The notes under the pieces are model-generated. The model was not told where the DNA came from. It saw only the letters and a program-made list of their open reading frames with translations, and ran no database searches. The translations under genes were made by a program, and so were the position numbers. DNA of 63,650 nucleotides, the filler included, from Nemertoderma westbladi (Eukaryota; Animalia; Xenacoelomorpha): assembly GCA_032718475.1 (NCBI GenBank). It is 3 parts of 3 records of this genome, joined end to end, with 100 filler letters (N's around TTAATTAATTAA, not from the genome) between each part and the next. Parts side by side here need not be neighbours in the genome. Positions count along the whole stretch, not along the records: positions 1 to 20,113 come from JAUCBJ010003145.1; positions 20,214 to 51,385 come from JAUCBJ010007377.1; 1 more part is not named here. One strand, given 5' to 3'. Below, one piece after another: positions 13,268 to 26,271 of the stretch; the first letter of the stretch is position 1, and each line of letters starts with the position of its first letter.

Positions 13268-13620
13268 AAATCTGTTAAACTTTTGACCATCTGAAATTCT
13301 AGTCGATTAAGATATTGCGGCACCAACCGATATACTTGAAAGACAAAGTTCTAGAATCAGTGGTTAACGTCCCCAGACATGTTCTGGAATAAATCGGTGC
13401 TCATCTTAAATATTAAATATTTAATAAATATTTGATAAATATTTACAACGTTTGTTATAACAAATGTTAAAATAGAGGAAATGCTAACAAATCTGTTAAA
13501 CCTTTAGATCCTCTAAAATTCTAGTCGATTAAGATATCGCGGCACCCACCGATATACTTAAAAGACAAAATTCTGGAATTAAGGATCCTAGTCCCCAGAC
13601 ATGTTCTGGAATAAAACTGT
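13268..13620. repeat. Two diverged ~130-bp direct repeats (~220-bp spacing) in the non-coding region after the BEL pol
   Basis: AAATCTGTTAAAC..AAATTCTAGTCGATTAAGATAT.GCGGCACC.ACCGATATACTT.AAAGACAAA..GTCCCCAGACATGTTCTGGAATAAA at ~13268 and ~13488. Confidence 0.85.
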
Positions 13621-14437
13621 GTCTATTTTAATATCAAATAATAAAATTCACGGGAATAAATTTTAAATTCATATCCTCTCATGAATTTAATAAATTGTCA
13701 TTTTATACAATTTATAAACATTCCCAAAATTCCGTTAATTAATAGATCATGGGAGCGGAGATTCACCCTATTAAGTATATCAGTGTGAGAGAATCTCCAG
13801 TGTATAGTCAATAGCCGATAAAATTCATAAAATCATGTATAAAGGGAATATTGACAATTAAAGAGTCACTATTAAATAGCATCCCAGATCTGTATGCATG
13901 AGAAATACCCTAATTCTACCACTAGTTTGCATAATGTCACCATAGTAACAACCACGCTAGAATTAGAAGTGAGTTAAAAGAACAATAGAAAGCTTGCCCC
14001 ATTGAATAGCATGTGGAATAAATAGCACCTTGCTAGTATCTAGGGATACATAATAATAACGTGGCGTTCTGGAAGGCATTTGACTAATGGACAAATGGCC
14101 CGAATGTGTACAATTTGTGACAGTTGTGTAGAATTTGTGCATTTATAGGTGAATGTTACTACTAAAGTGTGTTTACAGTAGCGAGTCGCAGTTGTGAAAG
14201 TTACCTTACCTCTGTAGCAAGAACCTGAAGTAATTCTAAGCCCTTGGGACGGACAGTGGAGTGACTCGCGCTGGTTATTGTTGTCGTTGTGTAGCTAATA
14301 CATTGGCGAGAGGCACAGCGGCGACAGTACATCAGTGCTGAGGATCTTGTGCTGTCCGGGGGCATTGAGGGGGAGGCAGCGACGACCACTGGCCTAAATA
14401 TCATTAATTATAATATTGATAAACTTATATAGCAGCT

Positions 14438-16520
14438 ATGACTGAGTTGATAGAAGATGATCTTGGTATCAGGGAGCGATATACCCTACCACTGCAAGCG
14501 TTTGTTGATAGTTTGATAAGCGGCGACGCGAGTCAACACACGACTGAAGACGATGGCTGTTATATTGAACTGCCAATGTCAAAGGAACAGCTCAAGCGTG
14601 AATTGGACTATAGAAAATTCACCGCTCGCTATACGCATCGTAATGGCACGTATATGGACTTCTTAACTACTGGTCATCCTTTCGATTTTCACGATACGGA
14701 CGATGTAGACACCGAAAGGGAAATGATTCTATTTAAATATCATGCCCAGCGGAGTTGGAATGATAAACTGAGAATTGAACATCAAAATTCTATTTGAAAC
14801 CGACTCGAAAGAGAATTACTTTGGTATTACTGCGATGAATGCCCTAGACCCAATCAACAAACGGAATGACATAAACATCCGCGGAGACATTGCGCTAAAA
14901 ACACAGTTTTACTCGCTATACTTACGGGAGTTTTGAGCGTAATTTGTTTGACATATCACCTATGCTCGCTCGACTCAAACGATCCTATGATCAGAGTTCC
15001 GGAATACTCGGTCAGACCTCCTCATTCCCGGGTGCGACCTCAGACTCTTGATCCTATTAGTATGACGGATCCTCCTGAGTTGTACTCATTGTTCAAAGAT
15101 CTAGTGTTACCCAAACAATTAGTCGGTGGCACTCCGGTTGTGGGCTCTCTAGATATTTGCCCATCCTACCTAGCCGGATTGGGACGCGGACATCTAATAT
15201 CTCCGTTCAACCCATATAATCGTCCCGGTTTAACTCCGACACAACCTGTCACCGAGGTGAAGGAAAGCGATGTACGAAATGCGCTAGACGCTATTCGGCA
15301 AAAGATCAGAAAAGGAACCTACGATTGTTTAGACAAAGGTAAAATAATTAGCTTTACCCCAGTTCGATCGTGAAATCCAGAATCTTGAGGAAGATATCGA
15401 ACTTGGACGAACATACTCTCTACAAGAGTTCTTGGACGAACGCTTCCAAAGACAAGCGGAGGAGAATCAGCTTGAGGAGAAACATATCGAAATGGATGAG
15501 AGAGAAGAAGCAGCTTTAGCCCAACCGGAAGCTCAAATCCTTATGACTGATCTCTATTCCAAAACCATCATTCATCCTTCGATGGTTCCCCATTTTGGAG
15601 ATAAACTCTTCACCACAGCACAACCTCAACCGGTTGATATCAACTTAAGATCTAGAGATCTTATCGCTGACGCTCCTATGTTACAACGTCCACCAATCGA
15701 GGCTGCTCGTATACGGTATACTCGTTGAACCTCCGGACAATCGAGCAGATCTTGTCCGTCGTATGATACACGAGGTCAACCTATGCGCTAGACCTTTACC
15801 GAACTTATTTTACGGGATCAAAGATCACCCCTATTATGTCCATTTAACTCAATATTATATGGTGAAACCGGAAGATCCTACACACAGTTTAAAGTTTCTA
15901 CCATTGATAAATCCCCTCGATCTTGTTGAACTCGAACAACTACAGAAATATTTAGATCAATTGGTTAAAGTAAACTCATTCAGAAAACCTTATAATGTTT
16001 CAAGAATAGAAAAGGACATAATACCTCCGTATAATCTTGATGGATTTATTAAAACTCAATTAGTCCATTGGAATTTATATGTATTGTTCAAGGAATAAAG
16101 AATACATTGACTTGTTCATAAACTGACATCCTGAGTTACAAGAAGTTCATAGAAGACCATATTAATATAAAGCCAGAGAACGTGAATTAGAGAGAACAAT
16201 CAAACCAAGGAAATTTCTCACTATACATGGTCAACCTACCGCTGTCGTGCAAACGACCCATCAAGGACCAGTAAGAGCTGTCGTCCTGAAACGAGCTCTA
16301 AAGGTTGTTCGCCCTCGATCCACCGATGTCGACATCGATCAACCGGGTACCTCGACCGGCGGATACACCGACCGTAATCCAAAACCTTCTGATGCAATCG
16401 TATTGCACCCTTCCCCCAGGAGTTATAGCCCTCCTAGTAAAGTGGCTCGCCCCAAAGAGAAAAGGACTCTTACTAGTCTCAAAAAACTTTGTAAACGCCG
16501 TTCATGAAAGAAGGACTGAT
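14438..16520 (+). pseudogene. Disrupted accessory ORF of an LTR element (paralogue of 20214..22445)
   Basis: ORFs 14438 and 14933 share a frame separated by stops; further pieces are frameshifted. The C-terminal part (HPELQEV..RELERTIKPRKFL..GPVRA.VLKRALK..PRSYSPP.KVARPKEKRTL) matches the end of ORF 20388..22445 and is followed by the same PPT and LTR start. Confidence 0.75.
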
Positions 16521-16591
16521 AGTTTAGAGTATTTTTGTATTTTAGTATTTTTTTATATTTTATAGACTTAAATCCCATTTTCTGGGAGCGG

Positions 16592-17736
16592 TGTAAAAGC
16601 TTTTGCGGACATAACATGTCATTTTTACGCAATGCGCGGAATACTCTAAAATAGCCCTAAAATTGTTCAACTACGCGTCGGACTGAAATTAGAACCAAGA
16701 TGACGAAATCTGTCAGCTGATTCTTTGTGTACGTGGAGATTCCTTTGTTTGAGCCTATTCAGCCAATCAGAGCAATCTTCCCAGTTATGCCAGTAGAGAC
16801 CTACCTGTGTAAACTGGCGCATGCGCATTAGTTATTTCGTTTGCATTATCGTATTGCGCATTATCGTTTTTTCTGAGAATTAGATTCCTCTCAGAATTCT
16901 GTACTAAGTATGGTCGTTTCAGACTTTGGCCCAAGAACATCTGATGGCCTTAGTTATAAGAACGTAAATCTATTAACTTGCTTGAATCACCAAGCCATTC
17001 GACTCAATTCATACTGGTTTCACCGGAACACTGAACTTCATGAACATATACTGACTGTTCACCGCACTGTTTTAATGCTGTTTTATATTGTGTTAATTGC
17101 TGTTTATATTAATGGATGTTATATTTGGAGAATGCCGATAAATAATCGTAAACCCCTCAACTTTCTTGATTACTGGGGTAAGCGGAGGGCATGGTCTACC
17201 GGTAGCAACTGTGACTCAAATTATAGTGGTTTTTGTGTGAATTAAATGCTATTTCATAATCCCTACGTGTGTCAGTTGCAATCCTCCTTATATATGATCA
17301 AAATCAGTGACGGTCGGCAATTCAGTGTGAATTAGTGTAAAGTCGTGTGAAGGTTAATAAAGCATCTCCTAAAGAATGCGCTATTTACGAAACTCTGTGG
17401 CCATCTAGTTGTGATTAGTGTAAGTCATAACTCTGTTTTCATACTTAAAGCGCCACGTCCTAAAGGAACTGTTAATATTTCCCCGAAAGTAAATATAGTT
17501 GTCAGAGAATATATAGTAGCAATCAATAGAATAATACAAAGTAGCCTACATCGCAATAACTTCCTAGGGAACCCGAATCCAGTCTCCCACAACGTGGGTC
17601 ATACGCCGCCCACGGACTGGCTTCGGTGGATGTAACTTCAGTACACCAGGTAATTGGTAAGGGCTAAAGTCGATTCATAATTAAAAAGACATTTAAATTG
17701 GCAGGTTAAACTGCTAAAGGTCTGAAAGCGCGAACA
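16592..17736 (+). mobile_element. LTR (family B, copy 1), preceded by PPT-like TTTTCTGGGAGCGG
   Basis: Starts TGTAAAAGCTTTTG, ends AAAGCGCGAACA. Shares both ends and internal blocks (GCGCCACGTCCTAAAGGAACTGTTAATATTTCCC; GGCAGGTTAAACTGCTAAAGGTCT) with 22524..23723. Confidence 0.8.
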
Positions 17737-19169
17737 GCCACCTAGCGGCGCCGAATCATTTTCTCAAATTCGTCTGATATATTTGTTAAAACTGAAACCA
17801 TATCGAACGGATGTCCTCGGTGTAGTCACATAACGCTCATGAAGTCCATATTGGTCACCACCGGTAGGACAGTGGCACAATCAATGTCCCCAAACCATCG
17901 ACCAGTTTCTACCCGGAGACTCTACGATAGTAAACGCAAGCGGGTATAGCTAATCAGAAGTTTATATGGAATTCCAGAACTGTAAACTTTGTTCACATTG
18001 AGACTGAGGTTGAAGAATTTATACGTTTTTACTTTGTTGTTATCGGCTTTCTGGACAACATTCATGATACATTTTTAGATCATTATTTCGGTTTAATACT
18101 GAGAAAGACATAAACTTTTTTTACACATAAGACCCTTTGATTAAATTCAGTACAAGTCATACTTTACAGCACATCCGATGGGAGGTCATCCATTTTTTCT
18201 TCTAACAAATCTGTTTTTGCGTTCGGAAACCAGTGCTTCCATACTCGTCATTTTACTTTCAAATAAATTTAAATTGTTCTGGGTAGTTCTCCTAACATCT
18301 ATCTCCTTAACCCTCTACTTCATGAATTATTATTTTTTAGTTGGAAATATTTTTCAATGTTTTTTCTGCACAAATTGGTTCAAAATATACAAAAAGTGAA
18401 AAAAAAATAATATTTTTACTCAATTTTCGTTATTGTACAGTATCAATTATGCTACAGCATGGGGATAGCCTTTCCTAAATTTGTAGCAAATATGCTACAG
18501 TTTATAATTTACACAAAAATATACTGTATATTATTATCCATAGTTTTCCAAAGTTACAACATCAAGAAGTATTATTTCAATACATAATTCATTTTGGTGA
18601 GCTTCGCAGCATAACAGAGCTTCGCGCAGTTAACAATACTGTGGTTTTTGGGGTTTAGAAATTCCTAGATTGACACCCTGCTGATAGGGGGGGGGAGGGG
18701 GGGGGGGGGGAACTTGACGCAATCAAAATTCATCCATCTCCAGGGGAATTGGACGCAAATAACAGCTGATTTCTCTCAAAAATAAAACTGTAACCTGTTC
18801 TATTGTGTTTAGTTCATTGTTTTGGTTAAAATAACGTTCCACTGTAACCTGCTCCTTTCTCAAAATTGAGAATTTAACTTTGAGGCGGGATATTAATTCG
18901 CCAAGGCGGGTTTTGCGTCCAATTCCCCCGAACGGCAGGGGGAGACAAGGGGGGGGGGGGGGGCTGTCTCCACCCTGAGTATGATATTTACCTCCTTTTG
19001 TACACCTTCCGGAGTTAATTTTGTCAATTCGAGGTCCATTTCTAGGTCGACGTGTCCCTCTCTTTGAGCCACTCTTCTTGGCATCAGATACAAAGCCAAG
19101 TCTGTTTCCGGTGAGCCTCCCGAAACGCTCCACTGCACTGTACGATAACACGCCCTAGACGAGGATCAC

Positions 19170-19315
19170 AAGTTTACTTACAATACAATGACTTTGCAAT
19201 AATAGGTAGAGCTGATAGTAATTACGACCTGCTAATGAAAGAAAGCCTCATAATCTCCCGTCACAGAAATGATCAGGTAACCCATGGTAACCTCATTCCC
19301 TTTACTTAGTTTTAG
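19170..19315 (+). mobile_element. Penelope-like element 3' fragment (GIY-YIG C-terminus)
   Basis: Hand translation QYNDFAIIGRADSNYDLLMKESLIISRH..LIPF resembles the F.I.......L.IKESL.I...PL tail of Penelope endonucleases. Confidence 0.5.
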
Positions 19316-20113
19316 ATAAAATTCACGTAAGGCCAGATCTACTGTATGTATTAATTAATTACTCTCCCGTTTAAATACTAGTATCAATTCAGTTATTTTA
19401 CCATGCATTATTTTTTCTGTAGTTGAGTTGCTGGCAATTTTCGTGTTTTCATTTTCGCTCACTCAGGGTACTGGTTTGAGGGGCAGGTTCGTTTAAAGCC
19501 AGCTTGCTGGCTTTCTAGTTATAATTAATATATATATGCCGCAGAAACACATAAAATAATGCATATAACTAAAATTGAGCAATCAGGTTTGTGTTGCAAC
19601 TGTTACGGACATAAGGAGAATCCCAATGTATGTAGTAAAGTATAGATAGATAACATAACAATAATTCAATTTGAGGAGTTGAATATTTAAGTTATTGACG
19701 TGATTTTGTTGTATGTAATAACTATGTATTTACATACTTGTGTCTAAAATAGCACACGTTTACAGTGTGATGATCCGAGTGGCTTTGTTACACGAACAAA
19801 AGTTAGTGAGTGAGTGAAAATAAAGCCACGAGGATCAGCAACAAGTATATATGTAGTTTTATTCCAAAATTTGAACATTACGAAATGATTGTACATATAC
19901 ATTGTAATTGATAGAAACTGCACAAATTATATTAGTTGCTGTATAAATAAATGTAAAAATGACATAAATTATGTTATAAATAAGTTAGCTTATATTTATC
20001 GCGGCGTTTGGAGCCATGTTATAATAATATAGCTAGGCCCTACTGGTTATTAATGGCTATACCCGGCCTACCGGTAGGTAATGCAGTAGGCCTATCTGGC
20101 TGTCCGGCAAATT

Positions 20114-20213
20114 NNNNNNNNNNNNNNNNNNNNNNNNNNNNNNNNNNNNNNNNNNNNTTAATTAATTAANNNNNNNNNNNNNNNNNNNNNNNNNNNNNNN
20201 NNNNNNNNNNNNN
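20114..20213. other. Artificial assembly linker (44 N + TTAATTAATTAA + 44 N)
   Basis: The same 100-nt construct recurs at 51386..51485; the 12-mer puts stops in all six frames. Confidence 0.97.
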
Positions 20214-22445
20214 TATAGTGATCTCCCTGACGCTAATCAATGCGCCACCTTGTGGCATCCGGTAGGGATGACCCTCGAGAACGCCACCAAAGAGTGGAAT
20301 GAAACTCTTAATATCATTGAGATGTAAGGCGTTGTTACTTACGATAACGAAGGTAGCGTTCCAATCGGAGAATTAGGAACTACGCGCATGATACACATAC
20401 GCGGATTAGCTGGTTCCACTCACGTGTTTACGCGAGCGTGTTCCGACGTGATCGATTATTCCTTTGAAACTCTCACCGAAACGCAAAAGAATCTCCGACA
20501 TGGACAATTCGAACTCGCGCAGTGTTACGTCATTGACACCGAACGCAAACCGGCCATGGGTATCGATGGATCGATGTTACCCCAGCCCATTCTCGAGATG
20601 TTATTCAACGAAAGAATCATTAAAATCGGCTCAGCTGTTTACGGAGATCTTCAAAACGACTTTCGGAATATGGAGAATATCCCCTATCCTTTCGTGGATA
20701 CTCAGCTGATAGCTCCTTGGGCCGAAGGCCGAGGTTTCTTTCGCACCATGTATGCTAATGCGTCTAGCAACATTACAAAGGTGCAACGAACTTCCATCGG
20801 ACATCTTGCCTTTCAGGAATACGGGTGGAATTTCAAGGTCGGAAATCCCATCAACTATCAACAAGTATACGGAGACCATTATTCTCGATTATACTTTGAC
20901 GGACCGTTGACCGCACCTGGTGCCGTGTATAGCTTCATGAGTGTTCCACTCCGTCCCTCCTTAGCTATCTACACGATCTTCGAAAACACCGCACTTTCCG
21001 GTTGGCTAGCCGACGTGTGCAGTCGCACTATACGCGCCCATCCATTAATCCTTGGGACCAAACTCGCTAAGCTAGATGAACATAATAAATTCATCCGCTT
21101 TGAATGTTTCCGACGGTTTTTAACCCCGTTTCGCAACGTGGATAGCCAATTCAAAGACCGCGCTTTGACCAAGCTCAGCTTAAGAGACTCGGCTGCGGAG
21201 AAGTTAGATAGCGCTGGATTCGCTATTTTCAAAGACATTTGTATAATAAACCTGCACTCCTCGGTTATCCAAAGACCTCGGATCCCCACCGGTTATTCTG
21301 TCGTGGAAATTCAGACGATAGGTCCACTTGAGGAGACAGCCACGCCTACCTCAACTATACAAGGGGAAGACGAACCCATATGTTTAGAATCTGAAGAGAT
21401 TCAGCCCCCCACGTCTCGGAGTAGCGATAGCGACTACATATTGGAATGGTATCAAGGTCCCCAGTGTCTTACTGCGTATGATTATCGCCATGCCAATTAT
21501 GTTTCTAGACAACGTTGTCGGCTGTGCGCATCGAGAGACCATATTACGTCTATGGACACCAACGATCTTTGTTCCTATTTCCACGAGCAACCGTCGATGG
21601 AAATCTATTGTGCATATTGTCGGCTTAATAATTTGCACATTTTTGCTGTCTGCCCCCAATTTATGACTCAATGCCATCATTGTCAATTAAAAGGACACGC
21701 CAGCTTTGATTGTCCCTTTAACCATGATTTAGAGAGCGTAGATGAAATGATTGTACTACGTTATATCAGAGCTTGGGAAGCAAACGCTGATTTACATTGT
21801 GATTCACGCCATCGCTATTATCCTGGACGCGCTTACGAAGGAGTTTATGCGTTCCATCCTTATTTGTTTGCCTCCGTCGAGCAGAAATCGCGCCTATCAA
21901 GTTATGAACTATTGAAGCGCGTTGGAGAATGTATTTCAACCAAATATGTACGCAAATTTCTCAGGAGCATTAATCCGAGTGACATCAATTCGTACAACTT
22001 AATAAACTTTATCCGTCAAGATCCGGCCTATGGAGACTTATTTGTCAACTCACACCCCGAGTTACAGGAAGTATATCGACGGCCTTACGAGTACAGAGCC
22101 CGCGAACGCGAGTTGGAAAGAACCATTAAACCAAGGAAGTTTCTAACTGCCTATGGTCCACCCACGGCCCTCGTTCAGACCACTCGTAAAGGACCCGTAA
22201 GAGCGGCTGTCTTGAAACGAGCTCTCAAAGCCGTTAGACCCCTCTCCCCGGACGTTGATGTCAATCAACCCGGTACTTCGACCGGCGGATATACCGATCG
22301 TAATCCCATACCTTCTGATGCAATCATATTGCACCCTTCACCCAGGAGTTATAGCCCTCCTCGTAAAGTGGCTCGCCCCAAAGAGAAAAGGACTCTTGCT
22401 AGCTTTAAAAAACTGCGTAAACGCCGTCCGCGCAAGAAAGACTAA
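20214..22445 (+). CDS. LTR-element accessory protein: DEDDy (WRN/EXD-like) 3'-5' exonuclease domain, CCHC-type zinc knuckles, basic tail; one premature stop at 20325
   Basis: Frame is open from the gap, with TAA at 20325-20327, then VVTYDNEG (ExoI DxE), LPQPILEMLFNERIIKIGSAVYGD (ExoII), FVDTQ, SIGHLA..YG..FK, PLRPSLAIYTIFE (ExoIII-like). Downstream: CRLCASRDH..C, CAYC..H....C, CHHCQLKGHASFDC, and C-terminal KKLRKRRPRKKD. Ends ~80 nt before the PPT/LTR. Confidence 0.65.
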
Positions 22446-22523
22446 CTGTTTAGAGTATTTTTATATTTTAGAAACTGTGATTTTGTATATTTTATAGACT
22501 TAAATCCCATTTTCTGGGAGCGG

Positions 22524-23723
22524 TGTAAAAGCTTTTGTGGGATAACTGATACGTTTGCCTTTGCTGGCCAGTTCCCCCCCAGTCGCTAGAATACTCTCAA
22601 AGGGATTTATAACTAAAATAGTGCAAGCTACCAGCTTATTGGCTGATGTGCTGTACGGAGATATCTGGGCTCAGTTTAATCGGCCAACTAGCTTAGAGAG
22701 GTTGCCTTAGCCTTGCTGTCCGTATCGGCCAATAGAATTTGAGTGGGCGTTGATTTCGACCTATCCCAGAGCTACTGAACTGAATTTCCTATCTCACTGC
22801 TCATCCTCTGTGTTGGACGGGAGCTTCGGGGAATAAGGGTAGTTGGTATACTCGTATAGTCATTCTAGTCATATGATTCTTCATATGATTCTGTTGTTAT
22901 GTTCCCATTTTTCGCCATAACACCGGCTTTTGGGAATAACTCCAGTAAAACTGCTTAAATTATCGAAAGTATAACTGTTACCTCTACCACTTAACTAATC
23001 AATCTTAACTTACTTAACTCACTATTAATCATATTGTTTGTACTGTTATTTACCGTCAGTTATTAATTGTATCTATTTGTTGATGGAAATATTGCTCTTT
23101 GGATAATACGGATAAATCACCCAAATTTCCCAATTTTCTTGATACACTACAGGTTAGAGAGACAGGCTATACATAACAATTGCGATTTATATTAATGTGG
23201 TGTGTATTGAATCTAATGTTATTTAGCAGACCCTACATGAGTCAATTGCTGCTCTCTTTATGTGTGATCAAATTTACTGACGGTCGGCAGAATAGTGTGC
23301 ATGATTGTGATTGGTAACAAAGCATTTCCTAAAGAATGCGCCTTATACTTTAATCATAAGCGGTATCGTTGCGTTTAGTATAAGTCCTAGTTCTGTTTAA
23401 ATAGATAGAGCGCCACGTCCTAAAGGAACTGTTAATATTTCCCGAAAGCCAATAATATCTGTCAGAGATTAATTATTAACGATCTATCGAATAATACAGT
23501 AAGTTTACACTGCAACCTTACACTGCAATAATAAAATTTAAGCAGCCGAATTCAGCCTCCCGGGTGTAGATCCATCGGGTGAATGATCGCGCATGGGCTG
23601 ACTTCGGGTAATGTTTTGTGTATTAGCATAAAATATTGTCGTATGCTAAAGTTGTTTTAATTAACTAAAAGACATATAAATTTTGGCAGGTTAAACTGCT
23701 AAAGGTCTTCAAAAGCGCGAACA
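22524..23723 (+). mobile_element. LTR (family B, copy 2), preceded by PPT-like TTTTCTGGGAGCGG
   Basis: TGTAAAAGCTTTTG ... CAAAAGCGCGAACA (TG..CA with imperfect terminal inverted repeat). The 3' ~430 bp is nearly identical to 47902..48334. Confidence 0.82.
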
Positions 23724-23837
23724 CAATTAATATATTTATATGCAATTGATTGTATTTAATATATAATAATGAAATTATTATACGTGTTTATTAGTTGATA
23801 TTATTATTTTAGCAATATTATTCGTTAAATATTTTTC

Positions 23838-24305
23838 AAAACAAAACAAAACAAAATTTACAAATAGAAAACCCACCACCACACAAAATTAATATTTAAA
23901 ATATATCGCCTCAAAACTGGTCTGCTAGCCCCACGCCACGCAGACCGGCCCCATCTCCGAACCCCAATCCCCGCCACGACCGTCGCCCACCCCGGAGGCA
24001 GAGGGAGCTGGACCGGAGGAGTGCGAACTGCAGTCGCCGTCGAACACCCCCGAGCACGCACGCCATGCCCCTCTCTCGCACACCATCTCGCCTCGCCACG
24101 AGTGTCTCGGCGATATGGCCGATAAGGATCTGGGCCTCGGTGCTCCAGACACCATCGGTGGTGCCGACCAGCGCAGAGGGGTGAAGGACATCCTCCAGTC
24201 TTCAGTCGTCCGGTAGTGCAGCTTCTTGAGCCGACACCGCTGCTCCAGGATGGACTCGGTCAAGCGGTTGGCCTGGGTGTAAGAGGTGGCGTCAGCGTTC
24301 ACCAT
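23838..24305 (-). mobile_element. 3' fragment of a CRE-like (restriction-like endonuclease) non-LTR retrotransposon
   Basis: GC-rich island. Joining minus-strand frames gives VNADATSY..LKK..Y..SFTPL..DG...EA...HIAETL..VRRRLQFALLRSSSLCLRGGR, the typical CRE-group C-terminus, followed by a (TTTTG)n tail at ~23838-23856. Confidence 0.65.
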
Positions 24306-24530
24306 GCTTATTCAATCCATGAGGCTGCCAAAGTACAAGATTATGCACTGGATGGTCCTCACGGCGAAAGCTATGTCCTGCAAAGCGGAAGTGATTTTGT
24401 TCTAGTGTCAAGCTTGGGGGAAACAATGAGACACCTCCAATGTTATATAGTGTCTGGTTGGAGATGAGATAAAAATAATTGATTCTATGGTCACAGCGAC
24501 AATTATTATTTCGTGTAATTTTATCTTCAT

Positions 24531-26007
24531 TGTAGAATACGTATCAAATTATCGCAATACGTATCAGTTTCGAAAGAAAACAAAACAATAAACCGGTCTA
24601 TATAAAGCTCAACAAGGAAACTCCAGTTGGTGAGGAATCCCTGCCTGCCTGCTAATATTATCAACCTTTAATACAATTTACTAGCGTGATGGCCCCTTAT
24701 CCACCACATATACTGCAAGCTAAACTGCCGATAGGTAAGGGTTGTATCGAGTACAATTTATAAAATATAAACAACAATTTATCTTAAATTTTCCCGCTAT
24801 AACAAATTCTGTATATTTCTATACACCGCACCGCTGTCGACGGTAGTAAAAGGAAGGAAACTATACGCAATACTAAACCTGGTTATCTCGTGGATGAATT
24901 TGCCGATATTCTCTAATTTTCACTTCTACTCTGTAAAGTTAACTGTAAGAGTGTCAATCTAATGATTGTGAGAGATGATTAGCTATCTAAATACCCAAAT
25001 ACATTTATTTCTGGACAGTGAATAATGCTGTAGCTGAAACTTGGTATATAAGCTTACTCACCCCCAACAAAGTCAAAATAATTTAAGATGAAGTGAAATG
25101 AATATTAGTATCCCAATGAGACCCAAACCTAAGCCAAAACGATGAGCGCTGATACCAAATATATATCAACACTCTCCCCCCTTTGCACTTCCGTGATGCC
25201 TGTGTGGTTATTATGATGGGGTATCCCGGTTCAATTTGGCCCAAACCCAAGTACAGGAAATAGTTAAAGCACCAGTTAACCTAATGGAATTGTGTACATC
25301 AACCTAATGAGACCCCCCTCCCCTTGTGGCTTGCCCAGTCCAACTTACTGCCCTTATGTTTCACTCGTGTTGTGTAACATCATCCATCCATTTTGGGCTC
25401 CTGCAGTCGGCCGGTACGGCTCGACCTCCTCACTCCATAATTATTAGACGGAGAATGTGCCTCTCATGTTAAAACAATGGGGTTTTAATTCCGAACCGAT
25501 CACTGGATGTCTTTATCGCATACTGATTTGCAAAATTACCAACACAAACAAATAATTGGGGTTAATACATATTTATAGATACGAATACATTTTACGGTAC
25601 AAAATCAGAATTGGATATAAGATAAATTCAATACAATCAATAACAAATTCAATATAAAATCTTGAAGAGTAATACTGTAAGAATATAGGTCTGTTTTGCA
25701 ACCATATAATAACAAAACTGGTTTTTACCGGTTCCAGTAAGTTCTCGTTGATATTGCATAAAATTCAGTAAACCGGTTTTTACTTGGATATGAGAAGCTA
25801 CTAGCTTTCTTATTCGTCCAGCAAACAGATAAATGGCCAATCACAGCGCCCTTCTTATCACCTACATGGAATGGGCCTGGTGCATGCGCATAACTGAACA
25901 GTATCTAAATCAATTTAGAAGGGCCACCCGTTTAGGTAGAAATGTATTGGCACAAAATAAATGAGTTTTTTCCTGTATTGCTACTGCAGTACGTACAGAG
26001 TTTAACA
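24531..26007 (-). repeat. 3' LTR of the BEL/Pao element
   Basis: Direct repeat of 32476..33952; adjacent to the PPT. Confidence 0.96.
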
Positions 26008-26271
26008 CCGCCCCGGAAAACATCAACAGCGATATTATGATTGTCGCAAGATGTTTTCCCCAAATATAACCTTCATATAACCTATATTAAGCACAATTCA
26101 ATTAACTAAAAATACTTATTCCAAATTAAACTATCATAACATGACGGGTGGGTCTTGACGTATGAACACAAAATAATTCTAAAATCTACTTAAATACTTC
26201 ATTCATAATGACTATCATAAAAAATCAAAAAATAAAGTTTCTGCTGAATTTGCAAAAAAAAATATTATCTT

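Noticed and set aside
18723-19151. 142-aa minus-strand ORF and flanking G-runs
   Set aside because: No recognisable domain, non-ATG start, crosses a homopolymer; probably a decayed repeat.
19765-19800. Hammerhead ribozyme downstream of the Penelope fragment
   Set aside because: GTGATGA..CGAAC deviates from the CTGANGA..GAAA core and convincing stems could not be built by eye.
20114-20213. TTAATTAATTAA palindrome as a biological site, and linkage of LTR copies 1 and 2 as the two LTRs of one element
   Set aside because: It is an assembly linker; both LTRs are preceded by a PPT (both are 3' LTRs), differ internally and are separated by the gap.
25649-25840. Duplicated 63-aa ORF (also 33594..33785)
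   Set aside because: Lies inside the LTRs, has a non-ATG start and no motif.
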